From contig JARFYF010000051.1 in assembly GCA_030265395.1 (NCBI GenBank), forward strand, positions 29,014,237 to 29,078,236: a DNA stretch of 64,000 nt. The letters run 5' to 3'. Shown in pieces: positions 51,301 through 64,000 of this stretch (its first letter is position 1; every line of letters starts with the position of its first letter). The DNA is from Rhina ancylostomus (lineage: Eukaryota). The notes beneath the pieces were generated by a model. The model was not told where the DNA came from. It was given only the letters and a program-made list of their open reading frames with translations, and ran no database searches. Both the position numbers and the translations under genes were made by a program.

Positions 51301-53629
51301 TGTAATTAAGCTAATGTCATTCAAATGAATGGAGAATCATTCCCTCAGTGAGCACACTTATGTTTCTGCACTGTGGCCATTTGTTTTGCAAGCTCTGCTG
51401 CGCCTCTTTTTTATTGCAGCACATTATCACCCATTTGAAAACCATTAATTAGGTACGGGCCAAAGATGGAACAAGAGAGCAGCCAGAGTCCCTCACCGAC
51501 AGCATGACCAAAACCAGGAATGCACCGAGTATACAGTCGCAGGTTACAATGCACATCTTGTGGGGTGATACTGTGCCCTAGAGAAAGAGCATGGAAACAC
51601 ACCATTCTGCCCAATCAGTCTGTGTTGGTGGAATCAAATCATTCTAACTACATTTATGCCATCTGTTCTTCAACAACCTAACCAAATGTGTCTGGAGTAT
51701 TGTAACAATTTCTACTCCAACCACTAACCCTTGAATCTAAAGGTTACTTTAATCAGCATTTTCAAATTTCATGATGTTCAACCTTTGCCATGAACTTCTG
51801 CAGCTACCAATATTCTCAATCACACATTGGCCTCGATCTTTGATTCTCCTGTCACCATTAAAACCAGGGCTTTCTTTCACCCTGGTTATTCCCCAGCATA
51901 GCTTTCAACTCAGCTCTCTTAAGGTCATGGATAACCAGAGACATTTAAAAATTACTTCTAATAGATGTAAATAATTTAAAATGTTAATTAAAATAACACA
52001 TTTACTGATAATAATAAACTCCTTTATGACTTCCATGCTGCAATGCTCAGCTGCCGAAGTCAGAGACGGACTGACTCGCAAACAGAACAAAGCTGGTAGT
52101 TTTCTAATGAACTGTTTGCCACATGTAAGCATAGTCGAGCCCAATACACCCCTTGTATCGTCTGCATCTCCTTCCTGTACTGTGGGTCCAAAATTACACA
52201 AGGTAGTTGAATGAAGGACTTAACATTTTGTGTGGGATGCAGTCTCTCTCTTGATTGTTATATTCTATATGCTGTTAAATCTTAACAGTCTATTTCCTTT
52301 CCTCACTACCATAGCAGCCTGTTTTTAATATGCTGGTTTTCTATTCTGCTGAGACCACTTCACAGTATAATTATTACAGTTTTTTTTAAACAAAATTTAA
52401 TTTCACATTTACTGATACTGGAAATCATCTGTTACTTTTTATCCATTTAATTGCATCAAATTTTAAAACTACTGTTTCTGGCCTATATTAAAATCATTGA
52501 TATACACAGCAACAAAAAACAAACACAAATGAACCCCAGGGAGACCACTACACATTTTAACCCACATTGATAAAAGCTTTCCTGAAATAGTCATCCACTA
52601 ACTGCTTTAACCGTGCTCTATATCCAACATTAATCCTCACAAGAGGGGCAGCAAGTGCTTGTTAACTTTATACTAATATCCCCAGTTCTGCCCTTGCACT
52701 GCAAGTCAATTATGTTCTTGTGATTTCATCAGTCAATTCTTCTGAAATTCCAAGAAAATGAAACAATTATTCTACTTCTTGGTGACAAATAATCTTGATA
52801 TCATTCCTGGAGTCATTCAATTCCTTCTGGTTTCTACATTGCTCACGGCTAACTAGTTAGGGTGCCAAGGTTGTACACAACAGTCAAAATTGCACAGTGG
52901 AAAACCAGAGGGACTTTAGGATACAAGTTCATAGTCCAACGATAAAGGTTAAATTTCAGCTCAGGAGATGGCAATGTAGTTCACCAAGTCTGTCCACATC
53001 TCAATCATTGATTCCAACATGGAATAATACAATAGAATAATATAATTTGTTTGATAATCAGAATTCACATAATGAGAAATGAATGTTAAGTTTCAGTGTA
53101 AAGTCAATTGTCATGGTAAGGTCCCTTTTTCATCTTTTGTTTCATGCAAATAGTTCCATATTCACATTTACATTACACTCCACTTGTTATGTGTTGCCTT
53201 CAACCCAAATTGTCTACATTTCCCTGAATGCTAATCAATCACCCCTGAAATTGCAACTCTGGCCATAACTCTTGGTGCCACAGCAATTCTACTTACTACA
53301 ATTACTAGTAGCTTCCACTTGTAAAATATGAGCGGTTTAAAGAAGCAAGGGATCCAAAATGAATTTAGGCAAAACTCTATTTGTAATAATCAAAGCTTTA
53401 AATATTTTCCCATATTTATTTTTTGAATATTGGGAAAAAGTCTACCATGTTCAAATTTTCAAATATAGTTCCTGTAATTAAGAAGCACCTTGAATGCAAA
53501 ATAGTGACTCATGGAATCAGAGAAATGCTGTCAATGAAGGCCACTATGCCTGTACTGAAGCATGGTTTCCATCAGGTGTTATTTAACCTCAATTATCCCT
53601 TCATCTCCTTTCAACGTATTTAGTTTGCA

Positions 53630-53844
53630 AAGAGAACTTGCATTCTTTTATTCATCTTTTACAACCTCAAAACTTTTCAAAGTCCTTCAAAGATAGTCAA
53701 GCAATTTTGGAATATATCTACTGTTTTAAACACAACGGCTAAATTGTTCACTTCAAACTTCCACAAATATCAATGAGATGATCTGTTTAATAATATTAGT
53801 TGAATATAGATAAGTATTAGCCAGCATACCAAAAGAACTGCAGC
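53630..53844 (-). mobile_element. Ancient Deu-domain SINE-like fragment (SacSINE1/AmnSINE-related)
   Basis: Resembles my recollection of the Deu core in reverse (acggctaaattg...cttccacaaatatcaatgagatg...tattagccagcatacc); not aligned. Confidence 0.45.
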
Positions 53845-54287
53845 NNNNNNNNNNNNNNNNNNNNNNNNNNNNNNNNNNNNNNNNNNNNNNNNNNNNNNNN
53901 NNNNNNNNNNNNNNNNNNNNNNNNNNNNNNNNNNNNNNNNNNNNNNNNNNNNNNNNNNNNNNNNNNNNNNNNNNNNNNNNNNNNNNNNNNNNNNNNNNNN
54001 NNNNNNNNNNNNNNNNNNNNNNNNNNNNNNNNNNNNNNNNNNNNNNNNNNNNNNNNNNNNNNNNNNNNNNNNNNNNNNNNNNNNNNNNNNNNNNNNNNNN
54101 NNNNNNNNNNNNNNNNNNNNNNNNNNNNNNNNNNNNNNNNNNNNNNNNNNNNNNNNNNNNNNNNNNNNNNNNNNNNNNNNNNNNNNNNNNNNNNNNNNNN
54201 NNNNNNNNNNNNNNNNNNNNNNNNNNNNNNNNNNNNNNNNNNNNNNNNNNNNNNNNNNNNNNNNNNNNNNNNNNNNNNNNNNNNNNN

Positions 54288-54347
54288 ACCCATCATGTCA
54301 GTCTTGGCCTTTATCCAATCCATTGAAAACATCAGTGAATAGAGCTC
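54288..54347 (-). CDS. APAF1: APAF1 coding exon (human exon 11 equivalent), 5' part only; the rest is in an assembly gap
   Basis: cag|ELYSLMFSMDWIKAKTDMMG, then the N run 53845-54287. Matches the APAF1 segment ELCALMFSLDWIKAKTELVG. Confidence 0.92.
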
Positions 54348-55902
54348 CTGTGAAAAATAATTTATAAAATTCAGAATACTCTCTCTTAATAAATCTGAAA
54401 GATAAATTAGAATCCGCACTCTGGAAATTACAAGGCAAACAATAAAAATACTTCACAAGAATACAACACTTTACGCACACTGAAACTATCCAGAAAGTAA
54501 GCATGCTCTTGACTCGAAGGGAGTGGAAAGGACTTGAGACAAAATTTCTGCTTAAACAAGTATATTATGCCATTAAACAAAGCATCTGTCTGCCTGCCTC
54601 ATCTTCTGGGAGGCAGAAGCAGAGACTACCAACAAGTTTATCCAATTTAACCCAACTTGTTAAGATAATCTCACAATGCTAGTGACTTGGGTCATATTGG
54701 AAATCATAGTCCAGATGACTTCATGCAACCAATTGAAGGGATGCTTGTAATGACAAATGACAAACAAAGGAGGAAACAAAAGACAAAACTTCACAGTTGT
54801 ATACTTTTCATGAATTAGTTACTATTTAAACTGGCCCTAACAAAATTACATACAAGTTATTATTCCAGTTCATTGTACTAATTCGAGGGAACATAGGAAA
54901 TGTTACTAACATTTCTCATTATTACTCAATTTCAAAAGACTATCAGCCAGATCATATCCTTAATTTCTTCAGTTATGGTTATTTGGGTAAAACTACAGCA
55001 GCTCATCTGTATGTATTATATTTTAACAGTTATGTGAAAAGTTGAAATATTTACAACAAAAGCCATTACAAATTTAACTCTTCTGCTGAAAAAAAATTAC
55101 ATTACTAAACTCCTAATAATGACAAAGCAAATTTATTAATCTATAAAATGAGAAATTTAATACACTAAGCTTATTTGAAATACTAACTCAATTTCTAACA
55201 ATTTTCTTGCAAAAATGATTTTGTGATGTAATGCTCATTACTATCTCTATTTGAGGCATGCAGATTAGTTACTCCATTAGGAAACAGAACTTTAAAAGAT
55301 TAATTATGTATAGAGCTCAGCTCGATTAAAAATCTCACCCCCTGATTAAATTACATATTCTTTCTTTAAAAAAAAGCATTTTATTCTTTCCTTTCCAACT
55401 CACTCTGGCAGTAAAAGAAGGGAGGTAATGAAAATGTCACTTAAGAATATGTAAAAATTGCTTGGCAACGCTTCATTATTCGATTATATCTCCACAGGAA
55501 AGCATAGCCACTGCCTATGAATGAATGGAAGACTTAAATCGCAGCTGCTACTTAGCATCTTCATATGTAACCTGCTTTAGATCTGAAACTCTCAGCTGGC
55601 TTCCATAATCTCCACAATGTAGTCATAATGAAACATTATTTGTATGGTCATTTTTACATATTGTTGAATTGATGTTTGCATAATTACAGCTGGAAACACA
55701 CATCTACTTATTAAATGTACAACATTCAAATATCTTTGTTATAAAATGAACACCAACTTCTAAATGGAACCACAAGAAGCAAATAGCTGTAAATTTCCTC
55801 ATGTTAACTTCAAGCCAGTTTTTGAAATTAGGCTGAGAGATAGCTTAGATGCACTAATTCATAAATGCACCTGCTTTTAAGGGACAACAACTCAAATGAA
55901 TT

Positions 55903-56047
55903 GGAGACCCAGGAGAATGCAGGTGTTGGAATCTAGAGCAAAAAAATTAAACAATCAGACCGTATGCAGAGCCTTAACCTGAAACATCAACTATCTTTCT
56001 GCCTCCACAGATGCTGCCTGACTTGCTGAGTTCCTGCAGTTTGTTTT
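55903..56047. mobile_element. Short Penelope-derived insert with ~14-bp TSD
   Basis: Same bipartite PLE-terminus architecture as 33535-33668, flanked by aactcaaatgaatt (55889-55902) and aactcaaataaatt (56048-56061). Confidence 0.7.
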
Positions 56048-57018
56048 AACTCAAATAAATTAATCACTACAAAATTAAATAAAATAATAAAAATGATCTC
56101 AAAAAATTATTTCTGTGTAACAAATTCAAAAATACAACAAAAATATTACACAGAAGTGACATCAACCTGTTAAATATATCTGGAAAGGAACCAAGAATTC
56201 CTTATCCAGGATCTTAAGAGCAGAGTGCACAAAATCCATGTGAATTTTGAAGTTACATCAGAGGAAAATGTCCAGAATTTAACTCATGAATCTACCATTT
56301 AAGAAATCCCAGATGACTTTGTCAAGCAACAAACTAGATCAAACTGAATCCAAGAGCAAGAATAACAATTGGTAATTTGTATTGCATGAGTCATGTTATA
56401 CTACAATAACTATTTCATGACATGGCCTAACCTCTGCCAGAGTTAAAACTAAAAACTTCCTCTGCACAACAAACACAAAGTATCCACTGCTGTCATGCAA
56501 AGTAAATATCATCAAGATATTCAATCTTTCAAATGTACATAATGTAACAATTGTGGTGTCTTTAAAACACACAAGGAGCCCTTATTATTAACAAGAAAAA
56601 TCCCTCATTTGTTTCATTTTTGGTTATATTTATGCCAGCTTGAAAACTAAGTAAATATAAATAGTACTCAAAAGTGACATTTTAATCTTCACAAAAAACT
56701 CAAAAATAAGGAAGAACTGAAAATAGATGGCAACAAGATAAGGTCATCAGTCCAAGGATCTGAAATTGGTTCCTGGGTGTAAAGAAGCTGTGGTGACCTT
56801 AAGAAATTTTTTTATAACCGTCTTCTTGCCCTGTAGTCTTGCTACACAACAATTAATGGAATGGCTATGACTAAACCATGACAGAGTTCCATGACCAGTT
56901 TCAGTACACTTTCCTTCTATGGTCATATATTGTCAATTTTCAGTTCTGAGCTTGGAACCATCACCTTTAAATTAGGTTTTACAGATTAAGACAATGTGAT
57001 TACAAAATGAGCACCAAC

Positions 57019-57150
57019 CTCATTCAGATTAGCTCTTGCCATATGATTCGCCAGAAAACTGTACCAATACATACTATCTTCATCAGAAGGAGATGGAAAC
57101 AGCTTTTTATATGTTTTCTGATACTGATGAACCATTTTAGCATGTAAATC
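57019..57150 (-). CDS. APAF1: APAF1 coding exon (human exon 10 equivalent; helical domain 2)
   Basis: tag|DLHAKMVHQYQKTYKKLFPSPSDEDSMYWYSFLANHMARANLNE|gttggt; 132 nt. Confidence 0.93.
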
Positions 57151-57397
57151 CTACGTAAAAACACAAATAGTAATTTAACAAATACTCTCAAGGTGTTTTA
57201 ATAATAAGTCACAATAATGCATATAAATTAGACAATCTTGCACTCAATCTTGCACTAATATACTGTTTAAAAATGAAAATTGGGAACCTGCACCAATTGT
57301 AGATCTCAACCACAATTTACATGTGCAAACTAGCAGAGCTTTCATTATACATACTCCATCTACTGATTTTGTGGGGATCCAACCAGTGACCCTGAAA

Positions 57398-57765
57398 TGG
57401 GTGGCACAGTGAGCAGAGCTGTTACCTCACAGCTCCAGTGACCAAGTTCAACCTTGACCTCTATATCTGTGTGGAGCGTGTACGTTGACCCTGCTACTGT
57501 GTGGACTTCCCCTGGCTGATATGGTTTCCTCCCACATCCCAAAGGGGTCGTGGTTGGTCGATTAACTGGCCAATACAAATTGCCGATAGTGTGGAGGTGA
57601 GTGGTGGAATCACAATGGTGGAAACAGTGAGGGGAAAGAAACTGAGCCGCCTTTGCACGCGGTCTCCCCGTTGCTGGGAATCTGAGAAAAGATTGCAGGG
57701 AAAATTAGTGAGGGGATGGGACTGTTCTATGAGCCCACATGGAACCAATGGGCCAAAATAGCCAT
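57398..57765 (+). mobile_element. tRNA-derived SINE (HE1/V-SINE-like)
   Basis: Head tggcacagtg...cctcacagctccagtgaccaagttcaacc; core ggtttcctcccacatcccaaag; CR1-like tail atgggccaaaatagcc. Confidence 0.75.
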
Positions 57766-58232
57766 CAAAGAAAATATTTCATTTGAAGTGTCCAGTGGGA
57801 CCAGGAATTGAAGAGCATAAAGTACTTCAGACCATTTCCTGGCCATCCCACAACATCCTACTCACTACTGTGTGCAAGACAACCCAACAATTGTTAGCAA
57901 ACAAAGCCCAAACCAAAAGCATTCTAAGCTCTCAGTATGGACTCAGTACAGATGGCACAGCCTCTTTACTATTTCCCGCCCTTTCTCAGCATAAAAGCGT
58001 CAGTTTTATATGCCTCTTGTTCATTGAACAAGAAAGATTGTAATCCCACATCACTATGTATAATATCCAAAGTCTCTGTTATCTCTTGGGAAATGCATTG
58101 CCCCTGTGTATATATTTACTACAAGTTATTTGGAAGTAATACTGATGCACAAAAGAAGACATGCGTACAAATTGCAGAAGAGGAAAATTATTAAAGAGAA
58201 GGAAAGAATATATTAATTGAAATAAGATCTAC

Positions 58233-58400
58233 CGAAAGCCGATCGTGATTTTGTTCAATCAGAAAGTCCAATTGCAAATCATGCAAGTAATATTGGAAAG
58301 ATCGTTTGTTTCGGTCACAGAACAGTAAAGATTTGTTGACAAACACTTGTAAAATGTCTTCCACTTCTTCCACATCCATCTCCCACAGAATACACAGAAC
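58233..58400 (-). CDS. APAF1: APAF1 coding exon (human exon 9 equivalent; winged-helix domain with LHD/MHD motif)
   Basis: cag|VLCILWEMDVEEVEDILQVFVNKSLLFCDRNKRSFQYYLHDLQLDFLIEQNHDRLS|gtagat; 168 nt, phase 0-0. Confidence 0.96.
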
Positions 58401-60889
58401 CTGTTCAAGATATAAAAATTCGCAATGATAAGTATTTGAAATTTACCACAAAACATATTACCAACTTTGTCTTTTCTTCCTCACCGCACCCCCTGCCCCA
58501 ACAAAGAAAATTACTTGCAAACATCAATCAATATATATTCCCCAATTCCTTTGATCAAGACCTTGACAATCTTTATCTGAAGTTTTAAGTGTTTAATCAC
58601 CACAGAGTGATACACCAAAACTCAGAATATCTTTGGCAAAAATTGGCAATACATGCTGTAAAGCAATTACGAGAACTCTCCTGAATTTGTTTCATTGTGC
58701 TTGCAGGGACGGCTCCAAGTCATTGAAACATAAGTTAAAAGGCAGGGCTCAGTCCAATCCAAGAGAAAGATGAATCAGGTTTAAAGATGGCAAAGATATA
58801 TAGTAAATGTGCATTCATCCAACTCCACGAAAATGCAAGCACAACATATTTTGTGTCAGTGTCTTTTTTTGATTGACTGCTATTTGAAAGGGATCAGAAA
58901 TGCCAATTCACTGAAGCTCCCTGTGGTAGTATGTAGATAGTATTCTCATATAAAATAAATATGTAGAACCAATAAACTAATAGCGTAATCAATATCTGAA
59001 CCTTGGTGGACGCATAACAAAAAGAACCTGCATTTGTTTGGTAATGAAACATCCAGGGGACTTACGGCTGTTAGCAATGAAAGTTAAGCCAGACTAAGGT
59101 CTAACATATATTCTCCTTGATGACTAAGGATAAAAGCAATACACTACTGAGCTACACTGATCACTGCTCAATTATTGTGCAAGGAAGACAACTTGTTGGA
59201 CCAAAGCTCGTGTTTTGATTTGCGAATATAAATCCAACCCATCCTTACAAGGAGAGAAGTACACGTAGGATTGAAGTGTGTATTTTATTTTAAAAATGGA
59301 CAAATAATGGCACCATTTGAGGTGAAAACAGATTAAAATTCTCAGAGTGACACAACAGTCATTAAGAAATTTCCTCTGAACACGAGTTAATTAAGTTGAG
59401 GGTGGAAGAATGGTTCCTTCTACAACATTGAAACTTTACACAAAGTACTGTTGATAGGTGGTAGTAAAATTTTATTTTTGCAGGTAGANNNNNNNNNNNN
59501 NNNNNNNNNNNNNNNNNNNNNNNNNNNNNNNNNNNNNNNNNNNNNNNNNNNNNNNNNNNNNNNNNNNNNNNNNNNNNNNNNNNNNNNNTTAGTAAACATT
59601 CATGTAATTCTGGATGTCGCATCAATTTGAAAACTATTATCAGGATAGATGTTGGTAATATTGTATTTTGTGTAAAAAGCTTATGAAGTCATACAAATTT
59701 GCTTTAGTAAATAACAAGGAACTAGTCTGGATTGTACCCATTACACTGATCATGAGTACTGTCAAAGATGTGTTTGAAGTTATCCTGTCCACATGTGTTT
59801 AGCAACCCAAGTACATGTATGAGCTTCCATTACACACACCACATGGAGGCCTTAAGCTCATAAAAAGAGATGAGAAATATTTGCTAAATTGTCATTAAAA
59901 TTGCAAATGACAATTGTACAGGGAGAAAAGGAGCATTTTTCATGAATTTTAAAATGGTGCCTTGTACTCTGTGTCACCACACTTTGCACATTTTCATATC
60001 TGAAAGGCTTTGATCCATCCAGGTGACAACTACTTCAACTCAGAATAGTATCACAAAGTTTGTGTATGTTTATTGTAACATGAGTTACTATTAACCGAGG
60101 ATATTTTGTCAAAGGTGTCTCCACATCATCCTGACATAGATTTATTGGTTCAGTTTTACAAATGTGCAAAAGGAACCATATTCAGTGTAATTCCACTAAG
60201 TTTTCATCTGAATAATTCATTATTAATATGTTTAACAAACATTTTTCTTTATACTATCCATATGTTGGATTGATTCACAACTTTCAAAAAGGCAGTCAAA
60301 TGGATTGATGTAGTCAAAGCTCCACAAGTCATGAAAGCAAAGTTTCAAAATTACTTACCAAAGAAGTGATAGATTTACATACATGTACTAATGGGAACTA
60401 ACCTGCAGATAGTTCTGTTCATCCCATAACACAGCAAATGAAAATACAATTCACTTTTCAGAGTACCTTTACAATAATCACTAACCAACCTCTAACCAGC
60501 CATCTGTAAATAACATCAGAGTTTTGTATTTACTCAAAGCTCCCTGTTAAATAATAAACTTAATATAACAAAGTGCACTCTGACTCATAACAGAAATTAA
60601 CCAACTTATTCTCATGTTTATATCTTGTACAAAAGTGACAACAATCCATGGAAATAAAAACTCTAGCTTTCTAGCAACATCTGCCAGTGTTCCAGTTGCT
60701 GAAAAACAACAAGAAGACATGCTTGGCTGCATCACCACCTGTCTCTTTTTCTTGAGCCTATGGCTCAATGGCATTACGTACAATTGCCTGTAAATATATA
60801 TTCATGTTCTCCCAGATTTGATCTGTGACCAAGGAGACCCATTATCATATTTTATACTCATCATGACAAAAGAGGTCATTCATCCACGA

Positions 60890-61152
60890 CAACTTCCAAG
60901 GGAGCAATGCATCAGTCTTATTCCCCTTCTCTTTATTCCCCGTATCCCTACAACTTGTTCTTTCTCACACATGCCCATCAAGACCCCTTCATTTCTTTTG
61001 CCATTAATCCACACTATGGCATAATTTGCAGCAGCCAATTAACCTTTGGGATGTGGGAGGGAACATGCAGACTCTGCACAGATAGAACAAGCGGTCGGGA
61101 TTGAACTCGGGTCCCCGAAGCTGTGAGGCAGCAGCACTGACTGGTGTGCCAT
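60890..61152 (-). mobile_element. tRNA-derived SINE
   Basis: tttgggatgtgggagggaacatgcagactctgcaca...ggattgaactcgggtccc...gctgtgaggcagcagcac, i.e. antisense B box and head. Confidence 0.75.
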
Positions 61153-61524
61153 CCAAAAGTCAAACTTACTGGAGATGCCACAAAAGTTCATTTGCACTCT
61201 GTGCAATTTCTCTCTGAATTGTGCAGTGTGAAGGCTCCAGGAACTGAAGCTGGAATTTTCTTTACAAATCTTTTGGTAGATCAGAGGATGCCAAGTCCTT
61301 CTGCTTCATGCTTCCTGATCCAGTTTGGCCCAAGAACTTGGCAAAGACCAAGGAGTGCTTTCAGCTAGCAAATGATCCGACACTCAGAAAGATGGGCGGA
61401 ATTGGAAGGGCAACCCCATGCAGACTGTTTCCACATAACACCACTGGGAGGCCAGTAATCAAAAATAACGGGCATTAACTTCTAAAAGCAAATTTGCCGG
61501 TTATTAGAAGGCANNNNNNNNNNC

Positions 61525-61763
61525 TTTTGTTGGTACTTTAACATCTTTTTTGAGTATGGAGAGGTCCTTGTAGTAGTCTCTATGGCTCTTCTCCAATACC
61601 TCAATGCTAATTGCCATAGCCTCATCAAGTGCCTCATAATCATAGGAGGACGACTTACGAATTCTTTTGAACTGTTTACCCTGCAGCTGTTTGAGGTAAT
61701 AAGCCCAACGATTTGGAAATTCTCGCAACAGAGCACCAATGAGGGAGACGACCAGAGGAGAAC
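61525..61763 (-). CDS. APAF1: APAF1 coding exon (equivalent to human exon 8; end of NB-ARC, helical domain 1 and start of winged helix)
   Basis: ttttcag acceptor. Translates (G)SPLVVSLIGALLREFPNRWAYYLKQLQGKQFKRIRKSSSYDYEALDEAMAISIEVLEKSHRDYYKDLSILKKDVKVPTK, near-identical to vertebrate APAF1 including the GxP motif. 239 nt. Donor G at 61524; the next base lies in an N gap. Confidence 0.96.
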
Positions 61764-63507
61764 CTGAAAAATATTAATATACATTTCCATTTAATAAAAA
61801 TTTCAGAAATGTAGCTTTACAAAATCTCAACCAGGGAAAAGGCAGTTATTATGCCGGAAAATAGTGCATCATAATATGATTAAACCTATTGTTAAATAAT
61901 CGGTGATCAATTAAATGATTTTTCCCACAATTATGAAAGCAAACTGGACCTTACATCATAGAAAGGGAGAGCGAATGGGTGCGCGAGGGAGAATAAATTG
62001 CAGGTGACTAAGTGGAAGAATGGGAAAGATGGGCACATTTGAGAGCCAGCACAGACTTGGTGGGCCAAATGGCTCTAAAAATGGCCTATGCCCTGAGGAA
62101 ATATAAAATATAATGAGGAACATAGCCAGTAGCAGGACCTTGATCACCCATCCCTCCCCCTTCGTTCAAGGAAACAATCCATCAGACAAGAATACATGCT
62201 CATAAATGCCTTCCGGTCAAGGTTTCCAGCTTTATTTAAATAAAAATGCAACAAAGAAATAAGGGTAAGCCATTCAATCCTCCGCACTGCAAAAGGTAAG
62301 CTATCCCTTTCATTTACACCACTGTAAAAAGTACACCATTACAGAAGGAAGAGAATTAACTTCCTTTAACACACACACAGATTAATGTTGAAGTAAACAT
62401 TGACCTATAAGCAACATGTTTTCTACTTGCAGGTAGTTGGCATTTGGAGTGAAATATTAAGCTACTAGGTCTAAATCAGTATGTCTGGACAAGACAATTG
62501 AATTCAGCCAGTAAAGGATATCAACACTTGGGATTTTAATAGCATGAAACACAGGACCAGGAAAGACACCCTGCATAACCTGTCTCTAAAAATTAATACC
62601 ATTCAATCATTCATTCCCTCAAGAGCAATCCACCTTTGAGTTTTCCCACATCATTTGCCTCCTCTGCTTCTCTAAATGATCCATTCAATAACCACAATAC
62701 CCTAAGAATAAACTAATTAAAACTGCAAGTGCCTGTGTGCCTTCTCTATTCTCTGCTTGAATCTGTGTTCCGTGGTGATATCATCAATCAGATCAGGACC
62801 TGTTTCCTCAAGAATACAACTCTGGTGTTTCATCTCTCCAAACTGTTCAAGACCCTTTTACAAGGTAGCAGCGAAGTGAACTGTTACCAAGCGCTCTATT
62901 CTCTTGTTATAGTTCAGCTATAACTATTGCATAGAATACACCAGATAAAGTCTTACTAGTGTCTGTATTAAATGAGTAGAAATTCTCAAGATCTGTGATC
63001 TTTCTCACCAATAAGAGATTTTACATGATTGTCTTTCTTCAGGCCACATTACTGTCTGTAGTGAACTGCCAAAGCCTCAAATTCGCGATCCTACATTATG
63101 TCCTGCAGTTCAGAGTCATTCCTTTATTCACCATTTAACATAAACATTAACCATTCACTAATTTATCTTCCCAGCCCAATCAGAGCTCCATGATTCTGGT
63201 TTAACCTTGTCCCTGTTATCTGAAATTCCCTCCTTCCTTTCTCATCTCCTTTACTTGGACCTCATCCACAAATGTCAAGACACCATAGAGTTATAATAAC
63301 TTGATTTCAAACATAATATAAATTAGTTATCAATTTGAAAGCAGCTTTACATTTTTAATAGGAATATTTTAGTAGAAAAGCATAAAATTTTTGCATAATC
63401 CTGTAGATCACAGAAGAGATTAGCATTGGGCTGTGGTGTGTAAAAGGGAAGAGCACTACAGACAGATGCTTCTCTTTATAACTACATAAAAGCATCTACC
63501 AGCATGA

Positions 63508-63834
63508 CAGTAAAACTCCAATAATCCATTATCCAATTGTTCAGAATTCTTGATGGTTCAGCATTTGGCTCACTGGGTTCCATTTACTACACTCCCTTTA
63601 AATTTACCAGGGTCCCATTTCCCTTGCTCCCTTTGAACTGACTAGGTTCTGTTTCCTGCACTCCTTTTAAATTCAACTGGCTCACTGGAAAATTTATTAT
63701 ACTTTTGTGTAACATTAAAAAGTGAATTAAAAGTGTGTTGGGATTTTAACAGGAATAACATCCAGTAGTCTGGAAAATCTCCCAACCCAGCACCATGGAA
63801 GTCCCATGGGTGCTGAATTATTGGAGTTTTACTG
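63508..63834. mobile_element. Tc1/mariner (Tigger/pogo-like) non-autonomous MITE
   Basis: Perfect 18-bp TIRs: CAGTAAAACTCCAATAAT and ATTATTGGAGTTTTACTG. TA follows the right TIR; the left flank is GA. 327 bp, non-coding. Confidence 0.75.
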
Positions 63835-64000
63835 TAATTCACTAAAGTAGACATGTCACACATGCTTCTAATTCAAATCCTTCATGTAGTTGAACTCAGC
63901 AACATTACCTTGCCACTATCTCCCAATGTCATCTGGACACATAGCTCACTTTTAAAGTGAGAGTGTCTGCCATAATCGAATCTCAGTATTTGAATCTTCA

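Noticed and set aside
53817-54419. 200-aa ORF and other ORFs containing X runs
   Set aside because: Their length is an artefact of reading through N gaps; only 54288-54347 is real coding sequence.
55456-55471. RFX X-box-like ttgcttggcaac
   Set aside because: A single short motif with no supporting context.
61764-64000. Search for the upstream APAF1 exon (human exon 7 equivalent)
   Set aside because: No recognisable NB-ARC peptide; probably outside the window.
1-64000. CRISPR arrays, rRNA/tRNA genes or prokaryotic operons
   Set aside because: This is a spliced vertebrate locus. The tRNA-like boxes seen belong to SINE heads, and there is no regularly spaced repeat array.

Overview
AT-rich, CpG-depleted vertebrate genomic DNA with several N-gaps. 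The repeat content (CR1, RTE and L2-like LINEs, HE1/V-SINE-like SINEs, Penelope-like elements) points to a cartilaginous fish (shark or ray); this is inferred. The window lies entirely within APAF1 (apoptotic peptidase activating factor 1) on the minus strand. I could map 14 consecutive coding exons, equivalent to human exons 8-21 from memory of the human gene. They cover the end of the NB-ARC domain, the helical/winged-helix domains and most WD40 repeats, in continuous frame with GT-AG junctions wherever gaps do not hide them. The introns are full of decayed transposons. The most notable non-coding signal is a set of short (about 100-230 bp) Penelope-derived inserts. Several are flanked by 10-15 bp target-site duplications and carry minimal type-I hammerhead-ribozyme motifs; the best one (18133-18171) lies on the APAF1 sense strand. 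A GIY-YIG-bearing Penelope remnant at about 41.9-42.8 kb is the likely parent family. Other oddities: a CpG-rich internally repeated island, a ~200 bp motif-rich direct repeat, several intronic hairpins, a hAT transposase fossil and a Tc1/mariner-type MITE. All alignments were done by eye, and repeat boundaries are approximate.
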